Shown here: positions 53,631 to 64,000 of the stretch, piece by piece
Layout of the letters: the number at the start of each line of letters is the position of its first letter
Position numbering within the stretch: the stretch's first letter is position 1
Origin: Octopus vulgaris
Lineage: Eukaryota
Direction of reading: 5' to 3'
NCBI GenBank assembly: GCA_951406725.2
Contig: OX597816.1
Coordinates: 169,756,001 to 169,820,000 of the forward strand
Length of the DNA stretch: 64,000 bases
The notes under the pieces: generated by a model
Told to the model about the DNA's origin: nothing
Databases searched by the model: none
Seen by the model: the letters and a program-made list of their open reading frames with translations, nothing else
Program-made: the position numbers and the translations under genes

Positions 53631-56625
53631 AAACCTTTGAGTGTTAGTGAAAAGCAGATCAGCAGTCTAATCATAGATACAGCTTTGCTACAGAAGGCGT
53701 GGGCTCCTTCTTACCCAATTTCAGGCCCAAACTGCTGGGCACGTTTGGGATGGAATTTTTCGGACCCTATGATAAGCATATGGAAGTAGAAGGTAGTCAA
53801 TACGATAGACTGTCTTGATTTAGTCGAGTGGATATGTTGTCAGCAACCGGTGTGTCGATTGTCCTTTCTTATTTCTTTAGGGGAAATTATTTTAATCATA
53901 TTTCTGTTTAATATGCCCATCTAATTATTTTGTGTAATTATAAGTACTTTTAACCGACCTTGTTGTGTAAGGTTTCTTCTTTTCCCATTGTATATATAAG
54001 AATTTGTTATATATCTCCATGTCTTTGCATTTTCATAAAAAATTGTTAATGTATGAATGGACCATGGTGGCAATTTAAACGAACCAATTAGAAGCTTTTT
54101 ATTATAATTAAACGCATTTTTTTCTGTAATCAACATTTTTATTATTTCGAAGTTAAGGGTCGTGAATTGATAGAATCGTTAAAACTGGTCAAAAAGGAAT
54201 TGTGGCATTTATTCTGGAACGTAAATATCATATTTCAAATCCCACGGTGGTCAACTTTATCTTTTCTCCTGGGGTCGATTTGTAGTCAAGAACGGAATTC
54301 GAAGTTATCAACTATTGGCACCTTACCTGCAAAACATTTCAGGCATTGTACCTATGTTGTTGCATAAACATTAGAAATATTACTGCTGTTCTCTTCCCCA
54401 CAATTTTTCTCAGTTTACATGCCTAATCAATAATAGCTAAAAGTTTTGTTAAAACAAAAAAACAAGGAAACAAGCAAACGCAAGTTGCTTCCATTAAATA
54501 TATTTGCTGAATGAAGATATTTACAAGATATTTACTACTAAAACCTTGAATGAATTCAGCATTAATTTTCTTTGTTAGCCTTTCAAAAATTTATATTATC
54601 AAGAAGGTTATCGTACAGCTATAGCACAAAGTGAAAGATATATTTGTTAGAAACTAGCTAAATACTTTAACATTAAAAAGGCAATTAGTGAAAGAAATAT
54701 GCTATTAATAGCATTCACAGTTTTACTCCATGTTTCTCTCTTTTGTAACTCCTCAGACACCATTATATATAGAATTCTTTAAGAAATGATAAAATATAGA
54801 AATGTTCTTTCATCAGAATACATAAAACTGAAACCCATTTAGTCTGTCTATTTTGTTTGATATCGACTAATATTGAAATGCTTCCTAAAGTTCCCCTGAA
54901 ACGCCATTTACATTATATCAGTTCAAAACATTCCTTGTAGATAATCGGTTATCGTTTCCTTATAGTATGAAAAATATACTGACAAAGAAACACTGACTTC
55001 ACTGAAGTTTTCTTTCATATATGCAACGTAGAATTATTGAATACTGTATTGAATTTTAATTTCTGTATATTCGATCTCTGGTTCTAATCACATATTCTTG
55101 TCATGTTTAGCAAATAACAGTCCGTTTCTCGTAAAAATGCGCGTTCATTCAAACTTCGGATTGGAACTTACTCTCGATTAGGATAAGTTCCACGTTCAAA
55201 ACTGCAACACTGTTTTTCTCCTGAGTCGTAATGTGCAACAGTTATTTACCATTGATGAAGAGCACGAAGAATTAAAATTTTTTTTTTTAGTTACTTTATC
55301 AACTCGTACACGGAGCTGCTGAAGAAGTAATATCAGATTCAAAATTAAATGAGTCAGTTTTGAAATCTGTCAATGCACCTACGTGGTATTTCGACTTGCA
55401 AGAAATAGCAGGCATAATTCTCTCAATTCGTTGCCCTGAAAAATGAATTGATTTGAAGATGTGACTAAATTTGAAAGAGACTGAATAATGACGTCCAATA
55501 TACACTATAACTGGAAAATGTCACATGGTCACTGCTGGAATACTTTTGGTCATAGGGCTGCACAATGCGGACTAACCGGAAGTAAACAGCAACAAATTGG
55601 CGAATATGAATAAAATTTAAGAGGAAGCAATTTGTTAAATATTAAAATTTGTTAAATATGTCAACTATGTACTACTTTGAAAATTTTAAACGCTTTTATA
55701 TGACTTGATGATAAAGGCCTTAAATGTTAGGGATAATTAAATAAGAAGTAGGGATATTTCTGCTTCTCTCAGTGACATTTCAACTGAAATAGAAACTGAT
55801 TTTCCACTACAGTAGACGCGGAAATATTGCAAGTAGTTTTACAGTCAACAATGAACGGATGTCACAGAATTTATTCTATTTGTGTAAAACTATATTGCGT
55901 GGAAGTTTATATGCGTGTGATACAAGTGTAGAGCCAATATCACAGCAATAAATAATGTAATGAATCATTGTTATATCTTTAAGGTGTCAATGTTACTATT
56001 CTGAAACAAGGGGTTTTACAGCAATTGCAGTATGAAGTCATTGGTTATGTGAAGTTCAAATATAAACGTTTCATAGAATCGTTCTATAAATAACATATTA
56101 ATCGATCATCATTTCTAGTGTTACATCATCGGCAATTAACGAAATTGTTCTCATTGATCTAAGAAGAACGATGCTATGTAGACTGCCAATGTGAAGCCAT
56201 TAACCAAGCCAGCTTTTAACGTTAAATCCGTTGTCATAAATTATTTGAAAGACGGAAATCAGGTCCTAATGTTTAATTAGTTACTTCAATAGTTTACTGA
56301 GTAACAACATTGATTTCTAGTTACTATATTGATTTGCAGAAGACTATAAATTTACTGCAAAAATGTGTTTTAGTTTCCAGTACATGCCTAATACAACATT
56401 GATTTCATAGACACAAATTTGCAGGGACGGTATAGAAGATTGAATCGCCTTGGTATATGCCTTGGTACATAATTTATCGAACTTGGGAGTTTGAAAGTAC
56501 AATCCTTTCCCAAAAGGATTGGACATAGAGCATACAAATATAAATTTTCATACTACAAGTCCAATGATTCTTCTTTTCTGTTAATCCAATCCATCCATAC
56601 TTGAATATCAATATTACGTTACGTT

Positions 56626-56825
56626 AAGGCCGCGAGCGTGCAAAATGCTTAGCGGTATTTCGTCCGTCTTTACATTCAGAGTTCAAATTCCATCAAGGTC
56701 GGCTTTACTGTTTATTCTTTCGAAGCCGATAAAATAAGTACCAGTTGAGTACTGGAGTCGATATAATCGACTTTCCCCCTTTACTGATTTTGCTGGCCTT
56801 GTGCCAAAATTTGAAAGCAATATTA
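56626..56825 (+). mobile_element. SINE B (degenerate; similar relics at about 39320-39460 -, 51140-51335 -, 54155-54360 +, 61895-62075 +)
   Basis: Head and Nin-domain remnants. Confidence 0.7.
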
Positions 56826-58019
56826 TGTTACGTTCTCTGTTCAAGTCGCACCGAGATCTCTATTACATTAACAGTAAAACATCTATCATAAAACATTACC
56901 AGCTTAGAGGGAAAGGTGGTCTAAATGACAATAATATCAATTCAAAGCCTTGATTTTTCTCGTTAGAAATCAATATTAGTAAATAAGTATAACAAGCACT
57001 ATAGAACAAGATAAAAGCTATTCACTAGTTTAAACTGCGACGTATTTGTTATCACTAATTAAAGCAAGTTTACTAAATCCTTGAACGCCGTTGGTTTAGA
57101 TTCTTCATTTCATATATCCATGTGTTCTAAAATACAAGAACTCTGTCAGCCTACTAGGGCACTTCTACATTTCCTCTTGCTTTACTAGAAATAATATCTA
57201 CAAATCTTCAAAGCACATACTTGTTTAGTTTAGGATCGTTTAACTGACTGAAATATTACAGTTCCAGGCAAAAATATTTGCAATGATACACTTGGACTTT
57301 ATACTTCTTAGAAAAAACGCTGTCAAAGTCGATTGTGTCCTTTATTTCTTCAGGCTAACCAAACAAGTCAAGAGTATCTCCAATAATCATATCGTTTTAA
57401 TCGCCGTCTCCTTGAATTTTATATTCAACCATCGTATTATTACATATAAAAAGCCATCGAAATAAACCTGAAACTACACACAAGTACGCGCACACACACA
57501 TATATACACACGCAGTATTTAGACAATTGCATTTAAACAACTATAGCAAACAACCCTGGTGTTAATTATTCAAGTAGTGAAAAAAAATTTATATGAAGCT
57601 TACATTCCTAATAAATGCTCAAAGATAATCTCTTTTTAATGTAATTTTTTTTATTTGTAGAAAATATATATGAACCCGAATGGTTATGAAAAGCGCACAT
57701 TCGCATCTGTTTTATTTTATGAACACTGTTTTTCCTCATATGATTACTCTTATTTATTTTCTAACCAATTTGTCTTATTCGTATGCATAGCACCAAAGTT
57801 AGTGCCTTGAACTAACAGCAATTTGATTCCCATTCCCAGGAAGTTAAAAAAAGCTGTAATGATATTTTATTTTTCTAAAAGCCTTCTTTTTGCTACATTC
57901 ACCAGAGAATATTCGTGTTCAGTGGTGAATGCAGCGAAGCGAATGTATTGATTAGTAATTTTCTTGCTAAAATGCCACTAAACTTAGTAGTATAATATCA
58001 GAAGGGGAAGAAAACGAAA

Positions 58020-58690
58020 AACTGTCTTTCTCTATAGGGAAACAATAAAGCTCAATCTATACACTTACTGCACTGACGTCAACTATTTCCATAAGGACAA
58101 AAGAACAAAGTGACAAAATCAAAAGAAAATTTCAAAATATACTACAGGAAAAAATAGATCGAGAAACAACTTCAGAGAGCAAATAATCTAGAGTGAGATC
58201 AAAAGAGAATTCAAAAGCCTTGGGTTGAAAGCAGAAATAGAAGGTTTGATTTTTTTTATTGTACAATCATAAATTATTAAATGCCATAGTGCAATGAGAC
58301 ACGGTCATATCATTTCTAGCTGCTCGTTAGTTGTATGGTCTGAATATATTCATTGTATACGATCAAGTCAGTAACTATGCGTACTTGGCAATATGGTTTC
58401 ACTTTGAAGTGGAAAGGTGCAACTGGCCTAAACATGAACCGAAGATGGTACGTGACAGTAAACTGGCCATAATGAGGTAGAAAGAAGCCTGTTTAGATTT
58501 ACAAGGTTAAGAAGAAAGCATATGCAGATATAATTATCTAGATAAGAAATAACATAGTTCTAATAAATATATTTGTAAATTCTAATAAAAATATCGATTT
58601 GAAGACGGTGGGGAAATTATCAGGCACATAAGATACGATACTGATGAAAAGAAAAGACACGTAAAATATATACACATTCTAAACAACAAC
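58020..58690 (+). mobile_element. Highly degraded R4/Dong C-terminal fragment
   Basis: GLKAEIEGLI..HIISSCSLVVWSEYI..WPKHEPKMV. Confidence 0.55.
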
Positions 58691-59180
58691 CCTGTTAGGA
58701 GTAACCCCTGTTTACGTACTACACTTACAATTCACTACCGCAACGCGCTCACATTACATATGAATTACATATGAATCAAAACCCAACACATTGCGCATGT
58801 TTTACAAACAGAAGTTGCATTGGAGTAATATCATAAGCAAAAGCTGAAAATTAAAAAAATCTCACAGAAACTTCAATCAAATGTAATGAAGAAGCTCAAT
58901 TATTTACACCTAATTCCACAATATTGCACAAACCTCCAGGACACGGAGGAGCATCTAATACTGCAGTAAAACTTGCACGAGACTTTTGAAAACAAGATAT
59001 TAATACATAGATCACTTACGTAAATACACATACATGCACACACACATACATACATATATACATAATATACATATATATATTTATATACATACACACATAT
59101 ATATATGCATATACATACATATATCTATATCTATCTATCTATATATTTATATATGTTTATATATATATATATATATATAA

Positions 59181-59216
<36 letters not shown>

Positions 59217-59847
59217 ATGAAGTGATAAGTGCACAACAAAGAATATATTTCCAAAATTTTTGCTCCTAAGACTGTATATTTAGTGTTAATTTTTCAGAAG
59301 ATATATCATTTCAAATGTAATTATCTGTTTCATGGTTCTCGATAAACTTCCAAAACTCTTAATTTTTGAAAATGACCGGGGTATTATCATGAGACTGTCT
59401 ATTATTATAGTTTAACACTTTTAAAACTGACAAGCGTGTAGGTTTCATAAGTAGTTACTATCAGTTATAACAGTCACTCTATGTCGCCAATCTTCGGGTA
59501 ATACATCATATTTTCTATAATATTCTCTAACATATTTCTCTAAAATTAAAATCATTCACTTAACTTTCATTTGAGAAAATGAAATATACAACCTACAAGC
59601 AACAAAACTCTATGTAAAGAAATCTCACTTTCAAACTTTAAGATGTTGAAAGCCTGAAATGAATACCTACCTACCTACCTACCTACCTACATACCTACCA
59701 ACCTACCTACCTACCTACCTACCTACCTACCTACCTGCCTGCCTACCTGCCTGCCTGTCTGCCTGCCTACATACATACATACATACATACATACATACAT
59801 ACATACATACATACACACATACATACATATGCACTATATTATATGTA

Positions 59848-61127
59848 TTGAGTCATTCCATAAATAATGCGGTTTTTTATACTTCTCTTATTGTTCAACA
59901 AAGTTCTCTTTTGATCTAAAATATACTCTCCTTCATTTTATACAATGCTCTTACATCTACCTGGTAGTCTTGCAAGGCCATTCTTCCAAACTTCACTTGT
60001 CCGTGCTAAAAGATATTCTTCCAGTACTTTTCTGACCTCGTCTACAGAATTCATATTTTTTTCCATCCAAATAATTTTAAAGACAGCGGAATAAATGACA
60101 ATCAGATGGGGCAATGTCTTGCGAATAAAGTGGGTAGGGCATCGTTTACCATTCAAAATGCTTCAACCTTTGGAATGGTATCTTCGCTCTATGTGGCATA
60201 GCATTATCCTGATGGAAGATCATCTTTCATCTTGAAACCAAAGATGGCCGTTTTTTCTTCTAGCGCTGCCTTCAGTAAGTCTTTGTTATCGCTTGGTTTG
60301 GATTTAAAAGTGGACTAAACCATTCGTAGCCCACCAAACAGATAACAACACCTTACGTGGGCGAAGACCTTCTTTAGCCTGGGGTGCCGGTGTTCCTCCT
60401 TTGCCTACCCATTGTCCTCGGCGCTTGACATTTTTATAGTGAACCCATTTCTCGTCACCAGTCATTATTCGGTCCAAAACAGTTCATTCGTAAGACGTGA
60501 CAGCAAAGAAGAGCACACATTCACTCTCTGCACGCGGTTAGACTTGGAAAGTTTGTGAGGAGCCCACAGACCCAAATTGCTGACTTTTCCGATGTCACGC
60601 AGGTGTAGATGAATAATTAAAGGGGGATGAGATAAACTACCTTCACCAACTTACTATAAAAACAGGTAGTAATTTATATCTTGTCCTTATTCTTAGTGAA
60701 AGTTTTGAAGAGTGCAGTTATTTTTTCAAAACTATAATGGAAGTGACAAAAGAGCATATTAAGCATATTTTGCTTTATGAGTTTAAGAAAGGCAACAGCG
60801 CAACAGAAAGGGCGAGCAACATTAATGCAGTATATGGGGGTCGGATAATAAGCATAAGCCAGTGTCAACGGTACTTCCAGACATTCCGAGCCGGAAACTA
60901 CAGCCTAAAAGACAAGCCTCACCCTGGAAGATCTGTAGAGCTCGACGAAGACGTCCTGCAAACACTGGTGGAACAAAATCTCAACGTGACTGTTGAAGAA
61001 CTAGCAGAGAAGCTTGAGTTTGGTCATTCAACCATTTTTAGATTAAAAAAAGAACTTTGTTTATCTTAATTTGGAAAAATAAAAGAAGTATAGTATAAAA
61101 AACCGAATTATTTATGGGATGACCTGA
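59848..61127 (-). mobile_element. Mariner transposon with internal inversion of its 5' coding part
   Basis: TA-flanked TIRs. Minus strand gives WAPHKL, TGDEKW, HQDNAMPH and YSQDIAPSDCHLF. The N-terminal HTH (MEVTKEHIKH..GHSTI) lies on the plus strand at 60737-61036. Confidence 0.92.
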
Positions 61128-61203
61128 TATAAAAAATTATTATTATGTTATTTTCCGATTGATTTGCATTTTCTTTCATATTCCGACCTAAGGTATGTAT
61201 ATA

Positions 61204-61885
61204 TTAGAGAATGTGATCGGTTGATGTCAACACAATTTTTCGAGTCTCATAAATTACTGGTTTCCTAAGGTTCTGGTCGAAGAATTTGTCAGTACTTTTC
61301 TTGATCATTCCCAGGGCACCTACAACAAGAGGGATGGTTTTAGATTTGAATTGCCACGTCCTGGATATCTCAATCTCAGGATCTTTATAGTTTGACAGTT
61401 TTTCAAATTCCTTTGCTGAGATGTTTCTATCAGTAGGATCTGTCATATCAATTAACAAGCATGTTTTTCGTCTTAGGTTCCTGATGATGTTTGGTCGGTT
61501 ACCGTTTATTTGCCTGTCTGTGTGTCTCCCATAATCCCATAGGCTGGTAACATTCTCTCACTCAGTGACTGGATGGTATTCATATGAGTTTAAGGCGACG
61601 AGCTGGCAGAAACGTTAGCATTCTGAGAGAAATGCTGAGCGGTATTTCGTCTGCCGCTACATTCTGAGTTCAAATTCCGCCGAGGTCGACTTTGCCTTTC
61701 ATCCTTTCGGGGTCGATAAATTAAGTACCAGTTACGCACTGGGGTTGATATAATCGGCTTAATCCGTTTGTCTGTCCTTGTTTGTCCTCTCTGTGTTTAG
61801 CCCCTTGTGGGCAGTAAAGACATAGGTATTCATATCAGTTCTTAGGGTGCAAGATATCATAGTGACGGCATACGCCCCAGTGTCA
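61204..61885 (-). mobile_element. Dong RLE fragment interrupted by SINE B
   Basis: HWGVCRHYDILHPKN*YEY|HPVTE..NRPNII..CLLIDMTDP..KLSNYKD..IPLVVGALGMI. Confidence 0.85.
61591..61824 (+). mobile_element. Monomeric SINE B with 16-bp TSD
   Basis: GGTATTCATAT(G/C)AGTT at 61575-61590 and 61825-61840. Ends at the Tx1-like tail. Confidence 0.9.
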
Positions 61886-62076
61886 ACTCGATAGAGCAGC
61901 GAGCTGGCAAAATCATTACCACGCCGGACAAAATGTTTAGCGGCATTTCGTCCGTCTTTACGTTCTCAATTCATATTCCGCCGAGGTCGACTTTGTCTTT
62001 CATCCTTTCGGGGTTGATAAATTAACTACTCATTAAATTTCAGGACTTGTGCCTTTGGTAGAAAGGATCATTATTA

Positions 62077-62300
62077 TTATAATTTGCTAATATTTACTAT
62101 TATTTGGTTAGGAATACACTTTTGTATATTACCCATCGCTTTGCTTGCATTATAAATAAAAATGTCTGCGAATATTGAGTTAATGTTAGGAAAACGATTC
62201 TTTACGTCCATGCGCCTATGTCCTTGTACTATATTTGCTAGCTTATCACAGCCATGATAATCACCAGTCTTTGTAGAGGCCAGTATTAACTTCAAAAGAT
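62077..62300 (-). mobile_element. Degraded IS630/Tc1-like transposase fragment
   Basis: STKTGDYHG..FPNI..IYNAS resembles the GDYH..MN..LLPN..VMDNASYH region of ITm DDE transposases. Confidence 0.45.
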
Positions 62301-62857
62301 ATCAGCTTCTTTACTTAAGTATAACCAGTAACAGAACTGGAGAGAACATAAAGGTTTTGTCATATTGATTAATTGCAAAACGGACGAATGACAAAACACG
62401 TTAGTGCCAAACTGATAATTTCCTAGTAAATGCCGCAAGGTTTTCCCTGCTTTGAATAATATGCACGTCATTTTTCCTGCTTCGACATATTCAAATCTTT
62501 GAGATAGATGGCTGGTAATATCAGCCAGATATCACATTTTCCTCTTCAATATTGTTCGCGAGAGGGGTTCACCGGTGTTTGAGAAATTCATTAATTTTAT
62601 ACTGAATTTCCATTGTACATGTAAAAAGCATATATCATCCAACGCAACGTTGTGTGGTACATTAAAACACAACATAATGCTCGAATCCTGTCTGAGAAAT
62701 TTAAAATTGCCAATGATTTAATTCACGTTTATGCAAAATATTTTTACTACCAAATCTCCCGCATCATAGCCTACCAACTTAAAAAAAAAAAACACATTTG
62801 TTTATTCACACGTACATATAGAGTTTCAATCATTTGATAGAGTGGTTACAGCTGAAC

Positions 62858-63336
62858 TTTTTCTAACCGTTCGTCAGTCATTCAAACCAACTAAGATGGA
62901 GCGGCCACGTGGTTAGAATGACTGACGAACGACTTCCCAAACAGATCGTCCACTCCCAACTCAAAGACGGCTTGCGTACAAAAGGAGGCCAGAAGAAACG
63001 CTACAAGGACTCCCTGAAAATGAACCTCAAAAAGTGTGACATCGACTTCACTAACTGGGAGGAAACGGCAAAAAACAGACCACTCTGGAAAACCACCATC
63101 CATGAGGGAACGGCGACTTTCGAGTCGAAAAGGTCTGCAGAGCTGGAGGAGAAAAGACGACGACGGAAGAAGCACCAACAACAACCACGTGCGACTCTCC
63201 CTTCCGGCACTAGATGTCCGCACTGCGACCGATCTTTTCAAGCAAGAATTGGTCTTATTGGTCACCTACGGACTCACCAGTAAATTTGCGCGAAGACCAT
63301 CATCCTCGACCTTGAGGGATTGCCATCATCATCATC
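62858..63336 (+). mobile_element. 5'-truncated RTE-clade LINE
   Basis: LRWSGHVVRMTDERLPKQI..GGQKKRYKDSLK..CPHCDRSFQARIGLIGHLRTH*, (CAT)n tail, 10-bp TSD ACAGCTGAAC (62848-62857, 63337-63346). Confidence 0.93.
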
Positions 63337-63399
63337 ACAGCTGAACAACATTTGATCATAGTTCTGAGAAGCATCATCAACAGCTGCAGAAATTCTAAT

Positions 63400-63890
63400 G
63401 TGCATAAGCGATGGTTGAGCGAGGGTCGGCTTCCGGGATCCGTCGCCCCATATGGGCAAGGTGATGCTATGCTTCTGTTGAAATTATGAGTTCGTTCATT
63501 ACGAATTCGTTTCGGACGGTCGAACCATCAATATCAATCTATACCCCAGACAGCTGGAGCGGATATATGCCGGCATCGGTTAACAGTAAGCAAGCTTTTC
63601 AGCAGCAAGGAAAATTAAAATTTCATACAGCTCGAACGATCCATAATGAAGTACAGGAACTTGAGGGAATTGAACTGATGCTACACCCAGCATAAAGTCC
63701 GGATGTAACCCCCTTGGATTATTACATGTTCCACTTCGTGGCTCATTTCCTGCGCACACAACGCTTCATCAACCAAGAGGAGATGGAAGCTTCACTCAAT
63801 GAATTCTTCACCTCGAAGGACAAGAGCTGACAGATGGGTGGCTTTAGATAGTTCAACATGAATGCCTCTACTTTGAATGCTAGGCTGCTT
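63400..63890 (+). mobile_element. Degraded mariner transposase C-terminal fragment
   Basis: KVMLCFC*NYEFVHYEF..HTART..LHPA*SPDVTPLDYYMF. Confidence 0.8.
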
Positions 63891-64000
63891 TTGTAGTAAC
63901 ATGACAAATAAAGCAAATGAGTTACTAAAATATTACAGAAGTTTTGACCTTTCTATTATGGATACATTTTAATGGAGATCCTGACTCAGAAAAAGATGCA

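Noticed and set aside
56251-56265. DGNQV resembling the mononegaviral GDNQV polymerase motif
   Set aside because: The residue order is wrong, motifs A and B are absent, and there is no open frame.
63220-63283. C2H2 zinc-finger gene
   Set aside because: It is the terminal finger of the RTE ORF, inside a TSD-bounded insertion.

Overview
This is AT-rich, microsatellite-dense animal DNA. Its SINE complement (a CORE-like tRNA SINE with an internal TA/TG microsatellite, and a Nin-domain tRNA SINE) points to an octopus/coleoid genome (inference). No intact protein-coding gene is visible. The only host-gene signal is a likely signal-peptide exon at 8243-8288 (+), with a possible second exon at 21277, so much of the window may be intronic. 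The rest is nested mobile DNA: two near-identical young Tx1/L1-clade LINE 3' ends in (TATC)n arrays, older Tx1 relics, about 10 R4/Dong-type RLE LINE pieces often next to (TAA)n, CR1 and RTE fragments, mariner/Tc1 relics and a MITE, four Helitron pieces, three SINE families, and Penelope-like fragments with hammerhead-like folds and long inverted repeats. The strongest observations are: (1) an apparent (TATC/GATA)n-targeting Tx1 family; (2) the Nin-SINE 3' tail matches the Tx1 3' terminus, including a covarying stem-loop, suggesting a SINE/Tx1 partnership; (3) hammerhead variants with G3:C8 and U3:A8 cores; (4) a mariner with a microhomology-bounded internal inversion; (5) an RTE insertion with a fold-back 5' junction. 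All alignments were done by eye, and most boundaries of degraded elements are approximate.
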